A stretch of 50,436 nucleotides of DNA, taken from the NCBI GenBank assembly GCA_001938485.1, contig MQRK01243332.1, positions 5,501-55,936 of the forward strand. Direction: 5' to 3'. This stretch comes from Girardia tigrina (Eukaryota). Below are positions 23,272-35,700 of the stretch, one piece after another. The position numbers and the translations under genes are program-made. The notes below the pieces were generated by a model, which saw only the letters and a program-made list of their open reading frames with translations, was not told where the DNA came from and searched no databases. Position 1 is the first letter of the stretch. Each line of letters begins with the position of its first letter.

Positions 23272-24044
23272 AAGAGATAATCTAATTATTTTAAAAAGTA
23301 AATAAGGAAAAATAAAATGTAAGAGCAGGGTATAAAATGATAAGATTTTCAGTAAAAAAGCGCCTTAATTATATATTGAAAAAGTCCACAAGAAGTTAAA
23401 AGATTTGAAAGAATTTGAAAGGTCAAAAATATTAGAAACATAAATTCGATCGTCTGTCTAGACGGAATCAAATTTACATCAATTAATTGAGCTATATCTA
23501 TATAAGCTCACAACTCAGAATACTCAGAAAAATTTTGATCAGCTTGAGTAAATACAAAAGGTGTGAATTATATATAATTTATATATATTAAAATAACCAT
23601 ATTCTTATATCAAAATTCGTTCGGGTAAAAGAATCTTTTTTTGCGTTCTACCAAAACTGCAAATTCTAAATTCTTAAGGATTAAGTCTTTAAATACTTTT
23701 CTTAAATTTTTGTACATTGTATATTGTCAATAAAATATTTTAAAACCAATATAAATCTTATTTCTTGTGTTTAATTTCTATTTTAATTTAATCATACCGA
23801 TACACCAACATTGTAATGACTACCATATGAAACAGAAAAGGTGGATTCATCACTGAAAACCACTCGTTTATGCATATTCAAGCTCCATTGACTGTAAAAT
23901 TTACCCCACTAATGTCGCTTTTTCTTTTGAACATCTGCTAAGAAAGGTTTTTCTTTTGGGCGATAATGGGAATATCCACGCTCGTGAACTCTCCTACGGC
24001 AAGTTTCTGTAGAAACATGGACAAAGGGAGTTTCTGTAAAACCT

Positions 24045-26590
24045 TTATTGAAAAGATTTATAGTTAGTACAATGAATATCCCCAATAACGGTTTTACATA
24101 AGTTTGTCATTTCAGGTTGGAAGAGGTGATTACGGTAGTTACATGAGTGGAGGCCTAATCGGGCTTTCTGGATGAAGTACCAACCATCGAAGGTGATCCA
24201 TCCTCTCGTGTCTTTTAATCTCTTGTCTTGGAGCAATAGGTTCCTGTGTGCCTTGTTTATGTGGTTAAATAAGATAGAGGATATGGCCGCTTCGATGGAG
24301 GCATTGACGAAAACAGTCTTGTTACCGAAGAGGATAGAGAGATTCACCCTGTTACTGTCATGTATCCAATCGAGTTTGGCGTCAATGTTTAGCTCCTTTT
24401 TCAGCATGATTCTGGTGACAGTGAATTTGAACTATTGGCATGCTGCTTTGTAGTAAGGTTTGGGCACGTTGCTATTCAAGTAATGGAAGATGTTTGGGAT
24501 GTCGTAGTGTGAGTAGAAGTTGCTGAGGTTGGCAAAGGCAGATTCTTTTAGTTTTGGATCTTTGGAATAGCGAGACGATAAATGTACGTGATTGATTGGA
24601 CTGCGTATTCGTCTGCCGTTCTCCTGAGTCCAGCTCCTCCTTCAGCTGTTGTTGTGTAGAAAAAGTGGTCACTGATGTTCAGAGGCAATTTCATAAATTT
24701 TTGAACTTGCCTTCTAATTTTGATGTCGAGAGTGGGGGCCTCTTCTTTATTGTTAGAGAAGTTGTTCATGGCGATTTTGTTAAGGCGAAGGTGGAAAGGT
24801 AGTTTGGTATGTAAAAAAAGCCTGTATGCGGTGAATTTCTGACTGGGAAATAGGTCGGATTTCTCAACTTTCTTGAGAAAATCTATGATTTCGTCAAATT
24901 TGGATCTCGGATTCGTGTATTGGTTGTGGGTTACCGGTGATCCAAAAAAATTGATGAGGTGTTTATTGTTGACGAAAGGGATAGGAATTCCGTTGATGGT
25001 TAATTTGTTGGTGCGGTTTTGGTTGATTACTGGAACGGCAAGAACTCTACATTTGGTTGGTTGGAAGTGGAGGTCTAGTTTTTCGGCGAGGAAAGATGTT
25101 GCATTTATCATGCTCTGCAAGTCTTGTTGGTTGCTTGCAATTATGACAATGTCGTCGCCATATGCAATAACTTTATATGTGGTTTGGCCGATGGTATATC
25201 CTTTGTTTGGGAAGGTGCTCTCTATATTCTTGATGAGAGCTTTTATGTATATGCAAAAAAGGAGAGATGATAGTGGGCATCCTTGTTTCACTCCTTAATT
25301 GATTTATGTGGATCCGATGTTTCTGCCTTCGATTTGTACATCGGTGGTGTTGTTTTTGTAAAGACTTCTTAGGAGGCTTAGCAAAATGGGGTCGATACCA
25401 AGATGACGGAGGATTTGGAAGAGTAAGTTCTGTTAGACACTTCCGTAGGCATCTTTAATGTCTCCGAAGAAGAAAGCTTGCTTGGGGATTCTGTTTCTAA
25501 TGAGATTCCAAAGTCTGACGTCGTCTCGGATGATGTTGATGACGGCATTGTGGTCATGGCAACCTTCGCGGGATCCAACGGCTTTTTGGTTTGGTGAGAT
25601 GACATCCTTGTCAAGGATCCAGTGTGTGCAATGGTGTACGATCAAGGAGGCGGCAATCTTAGGTAGAGTATTAGATTTGGTAATTGGTCTCCATGCATTT
25701 GGTAGTCGAATTTCTTCTGTGGATTTCCCGTTCTTTGGGATCATGATGGTGGATGATTTCCTCCAGGATTTGGGGACTTTTCCTTGGGTGATTGCTTCCG
25801 TAGGAAGGGCAATGATGTCATAAGTGACGTCAACCTTCTTTATGTCTGAGGGTCGTATTTTGTCGGATCCTGATGATTGTTCTTTCATTTTAGAGATTAT
25901 TCCTTTGACATGGTTTCTATCAGGCAAAGGTACGCTGAAAGGGTCGTATGGAAAGGAGGGGTAGAGGTGTGCAAAATGGTTGATGGGTAATTTTTTGACT
26001 CCAGTTTCTTTATCAGCAAAAATACTACTGATTTGACTGTTGCTGGGGGTAGTAGTTACACCGTTCTTTGCGTAAATTGCCATTTTAACTGCTTCCTTGG
26101 GTTGTTTGCGGAAAAGTTTGTTGAGGGCAATATTTGATCTGGGTTTGCTATTTTTGGTATTTTCGATGAATGTTAATCAACCGTCCATGGCGTTACGGAT
26201 ATTAGCGATGAGTTGCGCGTCTAAGATTTCAATTCTAGACTGCTGGCTAATAGGGATGGCTACAGCAGCAGTCGGAATTAGTTTTTTTACGGTATTGCTG
26301 GTGGTGTTGGGGGCAGTGGTGCGTTGGTGGTTATTTCATCCTCATCTTGCTTCTTCTTTTTGTGGGATCGTATTTGAGTGAAGTTTTCACTTTCATTTTG
26401 GAATGTCTCAATGGTTGAGAAGATTTCGGACGCGATTCGCTTCTTCTTGTTTGGAAGGGCAGCGGATGGGTTCATTGCGTTGTCTGAGTTGCGTTGGGGG
26501 GACTATTGACATGGTTGGTTTGGAAGGGCTGAGTCCGAAGGGCTATTTCCGAAAGAAATCGTCAGATTGCCGTTCCGCGATGTGTCGTTA
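24045..26590 (-). mobile_element. Degenerate non-LTR retrotransposon, RLE-type (R2/NeSL-like) reverse transcriptase
   Basis: WRKSSTIMIPK, WRPIT, PNQKAVGSREGCHDH, DIKDAYGSV, KQGCPLSSLLF, AYGDD, GGAGL; several frameshifts; endonuclease domain not seen. Confidence 0.82.
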
Positions 26591-26619
26591 AATTATCCAG
26601 TAGAAGCTCTTTTGGTGGA

Positions 26620-28080
26620 CCGAATTCGTTGAACACCGCTTTCAGAGCGCCACATAAATCTCTATCGCTTTCTGACGCGATCTTCTCCAAACCGAGAACC
26701 GTCCCGGTTCGCAATCGACCAGCTTCATGGAATTTCCCTCAGATGTTAGTGTCACATCCATGGTGAGCCGCTTCCATGTTTCTTTGACCCCCAGCTCGCC
26801 ATTCTCCAGCTTAACCAGTCTTTTAATCTCCATGTTACTGCTGTCTTTATTACCTCATTAGCCGGTTAAAATTCTGCGAGATTGATGTGAGCGGTGTCAT
26901 CCTCCTTGCGAAGCCATGAAGCATCCTCGACCACCCCTCCCTCTATCTCTACAGAGATATCGGTCGCGATCGAACTTGCATCACACCACACTCAACCTTA
27001 TTTTCGGTCGGGTACTTCCCGCTTGCCGTTAACTGAGTCTTCGCTCACTAACGGTTTTACCAATTTCTGCGCGATGTCCACTACACGTGGTTCTACTGTA
27101 TTGTACCACTCGGCTCGACAGACCAACCTTTTTAAGAAACTGCATGCCGGCCTCAGCCAACCGTCGACTGGGAAATGGCCTACGAGCTGACCGACCCATG
27201 AAAATAACTTTCGTCGCGTCAGACGGTCCGGTAAATCCGGTATATTTACATCTTGGTGCCAGCGTAGTTCACCGTCAGTCTTCCGCACTGCGAGTCCAAT
27301 CACTATACCTTCATTAATCTTTACGGGCGGCTTTTTTTTGAAGTCCTAATCTATCGATCACCACCCCTACGCACCCGCTGATACTGATACAGCTTTAGCC
27401 TCTGCTCTTTCGTCCATTATATCGGTTCGGGTTCAATCAGTTGTATTATTGGCGCTCAGCCTCCCGGTCACACATTCACGCGCTAATTGCCTCTTCCCAC
27501 CACAGCAATAACAACTCGGTCTTCCTGTATCGGGTGACGGAAGCGATGGTGTCCGATTCCGCTACCGTGCAGCTATCGCTGTCTCATCATTGGGTTCATG
27601 TCTTGCCTTGACATGCACTCGAGTCAGCCGAATCAAGGTTTCCAGATTCAACGTTTTTCCCAGCGTCTCGGCCTCAACACTTCTCATGGCTTCCTCGGGC
27701 AGCCCATTTATAAATGTCTGAGCCACGAAAGTCTCCCAGTTTCCTCCGTTGCCACAGATGACAATCGCTGACCGCTTCAAATCGGTCATAAAAACATCTA
27801 CGCCCACACAGGGCGCCAGTCGTCGGAGGTAAAACTCACGCCTCGGACTTGGGACGAACGCTTCTTTAAATGTGACTGTGCTATTCTCAAAATTTTGCCG
27901 CGTCGCGTCACTAAATCCACGGAATACGACTTATACATCGCACATCAGTGCCAGTTTGTTTTCCTTGAGTGTATCCGCATTGTCACGGTATCGCTCGATT
28001 CAAATAGAAAAATCCATGCGCCCGTCTTACGCAGGCATGATTTTCAGAGTTTTCATCACAAAGCCGCGATAGCTTGTGAA
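26620..28080 (-). mobile_element. Deleted LTR retrotransposon remnant (gag plus post-RT pol pieces)
   Basis: FINGLPEE gag motif, degenerate knuckle CYCCGK, LTRRKLFSWVGQLVGHFPVDGWLRPACSFLKR. Confidence 0.65.
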
Positions 28081-28520
28081 TGAGAATATCGAAAATAGCA
28101 ATTCATTTATATCACAAGAGTTTCAAACCGTTTGGCGAATTCTGCTTATTTAAACAACTTTCTGTCTTTTCCACTACATATCCTTTTAAAAATCATAATG
28201 CATCGATCATATTATCTCCAGGGTTTGATCCTATTTTTGTAACAAATAATCAAGCTTCTAAAAACACCCTCTCTGATTCAATAGATGTCGGACGGATGCA
28301 TAACACAATTTGTATTTCAAACAATTAAATTGTGTTTCAAAAAATAAAAAAAAATTGAATGCCCTCTACATCATTTTAACAGATTTTTCATAAAATAAAA
28401 AATGAATTTCAAATAATAGCAATTGTATTTTTTAATTCGTAAATTGTATTTCAAATAATGACAAAACTAAAAATCTGATTTTTCATGATTTATTAAAAGT
28501 AAAATTTTAATGAAATAATA

Positions 28521-28785
28521 ACGGATAACATGAAATAGTAGGACACCTACTATTTTAATAGTAGGTGGAAAAAAAATTGAAAAGGCGCCCAATATTAATT
28601 TACACCTACTATTTGGTGCTTTTGTTTTATTTGTTTTTTTATTTTGTTTTTTTTGGTGCTATTGCTTTAAAAACGATACACCTACTATTTGATTCCATCT
28701 ACTATTTTAATAGTAGGTGGAAAATTTTTTGAAAACTTCATTACACCTACTATTTCATGTCCACCTACTATTTGATGTTATCCGT
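28521..28785. mobile_element. MITE with internal CACCTACTATTT repeats
   Basis: TIR ACGGATAACATGAAATAGTAGG / CCTACTATTTGATGTTATCCGT; TA flanks. Confidence 0.8.
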
Positions 28786-29726
28786 TATTATCTTTTAGAA
28801 AAATTGTAATAATATTAAATTCTAGACGTAAATTTTGCAAATTTTATTTTTCAAAACATTTTTTAACAACAGTATTTTTGTTAAATTTTTTCGGTAATTT
28901 AACGTTACGTAAAATCATTTTGTCGTTAATACCGTTTAAAAAATTTTATCGGTTACGGATTTACCGTTGGACTCCATAATGCGGATAATTAAAATTTCCT
29001 TATCAAAAAAATATTTTCCGCATATTTCTTTTAATAATAATAAGGAATACTTTTCCAATATTTTCCAATCCAATACTGTCTCAAAAATCAAAATAACTCA
29101 TTTACTAATTAATCTTTACAATAATTGGTAATTCGTTAATAAAAATTTAACGCTAATATAAATATATACTAACTTCATAAATCACGTGGAGAATTAAATT
29201 TTTAATTTTTGTCGTCTATCAAAAAATTTGTTTCTAAGTTTTATCTTTAATTAATATTTCTATTTATTAAAATTGTAAATGGATTTTATTAGCCCATGTC
29301 AGAGCATCAGTAGTTTATATTCAATAAAAATGTTATTTTTTGGGATTTTTACTCTAATTGAAATGTCTATAATTCTGTGAATTTTTAAATGCCTCTCGTT
29401 ATATAAGCAGTTAAAAAGGAAGATTTTTTAAAAAGAAGAATGTATTAAATTTCTTTCAAATGTTCTTGATAATTAAAAGAATTTTTCATATTAAAGGATA
29501 AATAACTTTAACAGATTACAATTAATAATCACCCAAAATCATTGTAAAATAAAATTTCGATTGTACGTTTATTTACAATCTTAACATCTGCTGTGAGAAT
29601 GCTCACAACAGAATTAATAGTACGCCCATGATGCAGATTCAAGCGAGAAAAAGAATATTAGAAAAAAAAACAAATAACTAAAAACTTTAATTACAAACAA
29701 TCATATTCAGTAATAAAAAATAATTA

Positions 29727-31151
29727 TTAGTCCATATCAGCCCCATATTCTCCGTATCTCCTAATTGCTGCCGACATAACTCCATTCTCCCGTTCCTTCT
29801 CATTGTCTTTCCTACGGTCTTTAGTTTTGGATTTATCGGTAAACCGATCTCTTGACTTTCCTCGGGAGCGACTTCTATGTTTTCGTCGATTGTTTGAGCG
29901 GCTTCGATGTTTGTATCTATCTTTAGATCGACTTCCTAAAGCGATGTAAAAAGATTATTCAAAAGACATAAATTTTTGTGATAAAAATGTAAAATGTTGT
30001 ACTTTGTCTTTTATTACGATCCGAACGTGACTCTTTGTGATGTCTGTCACGATGTCTTTCCTTCTCTAAATCTCTTTCGCGATCCCTGTGTCGATGTTCT
30101 TTTGATCGACTTCGTCTTCTTCTGCTTGAATCGCGATCTCGTGAATTATCTCGAATCGATAATCGAGAATTCTGCTCAGGAGGGCCTCTTCGAGTGTCAC
30201 CCAATCCTCCTCCTACCATTCATGACACAAAATTAATAAATTATTCCAAATCTGTAAAATACTTACCAAGTCTGCGTGGCCTCCAGCTTTTCATGGTTCG
30301 ACCACGTTCAACGTCTACAAGAACACGACGTCCATCGATTTTTTTGCCATCCGCATGTTTATAAGCCGCTGAAAAGAAATTTCAAAAATTATTTCTTTTA
30401 AAATAGGAAAATTTTACAATTTTCAGAATAAGTTGTCGACAACATTTATAATAAATAAAACAATAAGTTTGACGGAAAACTTTTTAAAAAAACGTGTTTT
30501 GAAACTAATTGTAGAAATGATACATTAATAGGTATTATTGTTACAAATAAAAAGTGGAAGCAAATAAATAAGCTTTAGGCACTTACCACGCATATCCCTT
30601 TTGTGCTCATATTCGATAAAGCAGTAACCCCTCGGTTTTTCATTCAATGAATTTTTTATCATTTGAATTGTTTTAATTGTTCCATAACTTTCGAATTCCC
30701 GTCTGATTTTACTTTCCGTTGTATCGTAACTCTGAAATAAAATTTTCAAAAGCTATTAAAAGAATAGCTTTTAATTTACAATTCGAGCAACAAATAAAGT
30801 TTTGTAAGGATCTTCAGTGGCGTTTTCAATCTCAAGAGGTTTCCATAGAGCTAGGTCTTGTTCGAGTTTATAAGCTGTTTGTTCTTCTTTTTCTTTTCTC
30901 TGAAATAAGAATGTTATAAAAAGTTCATTAGTTTTTGAAAATTTAACTTTTCTTTCGCGTTTCTCTTCTCTTGTTTCGACTTTTGGCGGGATTGGAGTTT
31001 CAGAAGGATCTTCGAAATGTTTGATGTACTGAGCTATTCCAGTATACGGTAAAGACCGATGGTTTTTCGGACGTTCAATTGGCGGAAGAAACGGTATTGG
31101 ATCTCGAGGGGCAAAAAGAGCCAACAAATTTGGGGGTAAGTACGAGGTCAT
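29727..31151 (-). CDS. SNRNP70: U1 small nuclear ribonucleoprotein 70 kDa; exons 31151-30948, 30899-30780, 30731-30587, 30368-30267, 30212-30003, 29935-29727
   Basis: [43 protein letters not shown] (RNP1), [39 protein letters not shown]-rich tail; all five introns GT-AG and frame-consistent. Confidence 0.97.
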
Positions 31152-32710
31152 ATGTTATTGGGAAGGTTAATTTTAATTTTGTGAAATGTAAAACACATAA
31201 ATTCTATGAAAATTAAAACAATATATTTTATAAAAATTTAGGTAAATAATATAAAAGTGCGTATATCAAGTATAATTAAAGTCAGTTTATAATAACATTA
31301 AATATATTGTAATATAAAAACTTTTGAACAAAAATATTCTAATTAAAATTTTTAATTTTCCAATGATCTGAAATGTCTTTTTAAAAAATTTGATACGTTA
31401 AATTTTTTTCGGATCACTCAAATTAACCGGATTCTACTGTAATAAATAATTCAAAAATATTTTAACTAATCATAAAATCAATTTAATTTAATTTCATGAT
31501 AATATTACACGTTTTTCAAAATAGTTAAAAAACATTTTAAAGAATTTTCAAAAATTAAGGTGATATAATTATTATTATTTGTGGTAATATAGAGTTTTAA
31601 TTTTACATTGAGACTTTCATTTTAGAGTGAGATTTTTTTACATTCTTTTTATTAGTTTACTTTCTATATATTTATATAAAGACCTAAATTATTACAACAT
31701 TATTTTCATAAATCAAATAAGGATTTTTTTCCTTTTAAATTGATTTTTTTATTTTAAAATGATATTTTTTTCACATAAAATTGCGAATGTTTTATTTTCT
31801 TTATTTTAGAATTTTAAGGCGTTTGAAACCGGAATCTTAATTGAAAAAACTCATTTTAAAATTAAAAAATCTCAATTTAAAAAACATACTAATACACACA
31901 GCGACGTATATAAAATTTAAAATATCAATAAAAAATCAACAAATTTTCAAAAAAAAATTAGTAAATTAATATTTCAAAAAATGTTTTTAGTATTAACGAA
32001 TTAATAATAAAAAATCAGCAAATTTTAAAAACATTTATAAAATTATACTTATTAACCAATTGTGTAATTACTTAATTTGTCAGCGTGCAAATACCGTTTT
32101 TGACATCGCCCTTTTGTCATCAGCGAATTTTTTAGGTACCTTTTAATTTTTATGATTATTCTTTGATTCTTTTAAAATAAATTTTAACAACTTAATTCCA
32201 ATCTTGAACAATCGGTTTGTGTATGAAATACTGTTGTGTTCAATTTCGACATACTCTCCTAATTACTTCACTTATGAAATTTATACCTCTGAATGTTAAC
32301 AAATTTATTAGTGGTACATGTGAAAATGATTTTTTCGGCAGTACCTTTAGCTTTCTAATTTTACATTTTATAATACTTAGAATACTAGAATATTATTAAT
32401 ACTATAATAGAAGTATGATTTCTGTCTGTGTGAAGTTCCGAAGATTAAAGTGATTCGTTTAAACAACCACGGGAAATTTACAAATTATTGTGAATATCTT
32501 TATAATTATTTTACGATTATCTACAAATATTTTAACTGTTTTTCTTGCATTTTTAACCCACTTTCAATGATGCTATCGAGCTGAAATTTTCAGGGTAGTT
32601 ATTTTCCTATCACATATTGATTGAACAAATCAACTGATCTCAAAAAGTTAATTTTATTTTTTTTGGAAAAAAATCGATTTACGATTATCTACAAATTTTT
32701 CAATTGTTTT

Positions 32711-35700
32711 AGTTGTGATTATTATTTGTTTAAGTATTCTAAAAAGATTGTAAATAATTAATAAATTCTACTTGTTGTTATAATGAATACTGAAGTGAAA
32801 CCTGGAAATTTAACTGGCGACCACACTGGTGTTCCAATAAAAGTTTTGAGGCTTCCTAAACTAGAACTTCCATCAATTTTTAAGGAAACCCTCGAGAAGA
32901 AAATGAAGGAGTACAACGGAGTGGATTCTGAAGAAGGTCAAACATGGTATAGAGATATATGCTAATGGCTCAAAATTTTTTGGGTTAACATTCTTGAAAA
33001 TGTGTAACTATTTGTTGATAGACGAAGCGAAAATTCTTTGGGTAAATGCAACAGAAGAAGGTAAGAAACCAATGTCCGATGTGGAATCCAAAAATTGGTT
33101 CCAGAAAACATTTATAAAGAAAGTACCGCTGTTGGAAGAATTGGACAAACTAAGCCAAATTTGTCAAGGTGAGAATGAAAGATTTTTAACATTCGAATTA
33201 AGGGTTCGGAAACAATTGAAAATTTTAGGAAACACGGCGATGAAGAAATTTTGAATGAACTTTTAAAAAAGCGGATAAAATCTCAAGTTCTGAAGGATCG
33301 ATTTGTTTTCAAACCTAACATATCGGTGGACGAAATGAGAGCGGAAGCAAAGATTTATGAGGACAATATATCAAAAGAAGAAATAAATGATGTTTTAGCC
33401 GACAAAAAATCGTATGCAGAAATGGCAAAGAAAGACAAATATGAAGTTAGAAGATATGAGAATCCTGAACATAAAAGAAATACAGCTCGATTGAATGAAT
33501 CAAACGATAGACAACCAATATTAAGAACGAAACGTAGAATACAATCGGAAAAATTTAGTAAAAGTAATGAGAAAGGATCCAGTAGAATGTCAGAAGATAA
33601 AAAACAATATAATCGCCCGGTGCATTCGGCTTGGTACAAAGCAAGGAAGTTATATTGCAAAATAAAGAGACTTTCAACTCCAGAAGAGGAGTATTTTAAC
33701 CAGAGGGGATTGTTATTGCTGTGGAAAACATGGGCATTTGAGGAAAGATTGTCCTTTAAATAATCGTTGCTTAATCTGTGGAAAAAGTGGACACGGGTTC
33801 AGAAACTGTAATCATATTAAGAATGTTAATGTAGTATGCATCAAAGATGTGTACAATGAAGACAACATGGATATCGTATCATGTAATGATGAATGTGAAG
33901 ATGATTTAAACGCCAGAAACTCCGTGGTGAGCATTTCGTCTGTGGAGTCGGCATAAAATATCCAAAAAATCGAATTGCAGAGATAGTAAAGGGGTCAGAT
34001 GGTAGATGGTAGAGCGATGTTAAGCTGAACAATCACAACGTATTAATGTTGTTGGATAGTGGAGCGGGTGTTTCAGTTATTAGTGAGAAGTTTTGGTTGG
34101 AAATCGGACAACCCAGATTAGAAAAGAGCCCAATTATACTAAATGGAGCGTTTTCAGAAGGCCATAAGTATTTGGGAAGAATGACAGTGAAGTTGAAATG
34201 GAAAGAAGAGTGCCATGCGGTAGATTTTTTAGTGGTGAAAGCAATCCGACCGGCAGTCATTGGAGGTGTTAATGTCATGCATAAATTCGGAATCAAACTT
34301 GAAAAAAACTATGAAGAAGTCAGTTGTGACAGTGCAGACAGATATGAAACTGCAAGAGCAAAACAAAAGACTGAAAGACCTTGTGAAACGATATGATGAT
34401 GTTTTCATGAAACATGAATATGATCTAGGATTTACGGATATTGTTGTCCATAAAATTGAAACAGGAGGTAAACCGATTTTTCTGAATCCAAGAAGGCAAT
34501 CAATTCATTTAGAAAGTCAAATCGAAGGATTTCTGAAAGGATTAGAAAAGGCAGGAATAATTCGGAAATGTAAAAGTGAATGGAACTCCCCGTTAGTCAT
34601 TACACCAAAGAAAGATGGAGGTATTCGAATTTGTTTAGATTTCAGAAAATTGAATGATGTATCAAAGAAAGTTTCCTTTCCAATGCCAGACAGCCAAATG
34701 TTAATGGATGCTCTGGGTGACTCCAGAATTTTTCCAGTATAGATTTAGGCAAAGCATACCATCAAGTAGCATTGGATGAACGTTCTCAAGAAAAGACTGC
34801 GTTTTGCACAAGAACACAGCAGTATTGTTTTAACCGTGTACCGTTTGGACTTTCAACAGCACCAGGAACGTTTCAGAGAATAATGAATTCATTATTTGAA
34901 GATTTACTATTCTCTGGAGTAGTAACATACCTAGATGATGTCTTAATTTACTCAAAATCAATGGAGGATCATATGAGACTATTAGAAGAAGTACTGAATA
35001 GACTGAAGAAAGCAGGTTTAAAAGTCAACCCAGAGAAATGCAAATTCGGAGTGGGGGAGCTGGTATTTCTAGGACATACAATAAACAAAGAAGGTATCTC
35101 AACAAATAAATTGAAAGTGGCAGAAATTCAAAATTTTCCGATTCCAAAGTGTACTCGAAATTTACGAGCATTTTTAGGTCTGTGTAACTACTATCGACGA
35201 TTTATCAAGAATTACGCNGAATTAGCAGCACCGTTGCACAGTGCATGCAGCGGAAAATGTAAAGAAATATTTTGGTCAGACGAGTGCGACAGAAGTTTTA
35301 ACGAATTGAAGCAAAAGTTATGTGGTGCACCAATATTAGCATTTGTGAGCCCGAATAATAATTTTATCTTAGACACAGATGCATCATTCGGATCGATAGG
35401 AGCACTTCTTAGTCAGATATGAGAAGAGAAAGAAGTAGTAATCGCGTATGCATCGATGACTTTAACCACAAATGAAAAAGGGTACTGTGTAACAAGAAAG
35501 GAACTATTAGCTTTACAAGAGTTCATGTTACATTTCAAGCAATATTTATATGGCAAGCGATTTACAGCAAGAACTGATCATAAAGCACTGGTGTATATGA
35601 AGAGTACTTCCAAACCAATAACTCCTCAATTCCAGACATAGTTAGCAATCATGGCTGATTTTGACTTTGATTTGAAGTATAGAAAAGGTGACAAACATGG

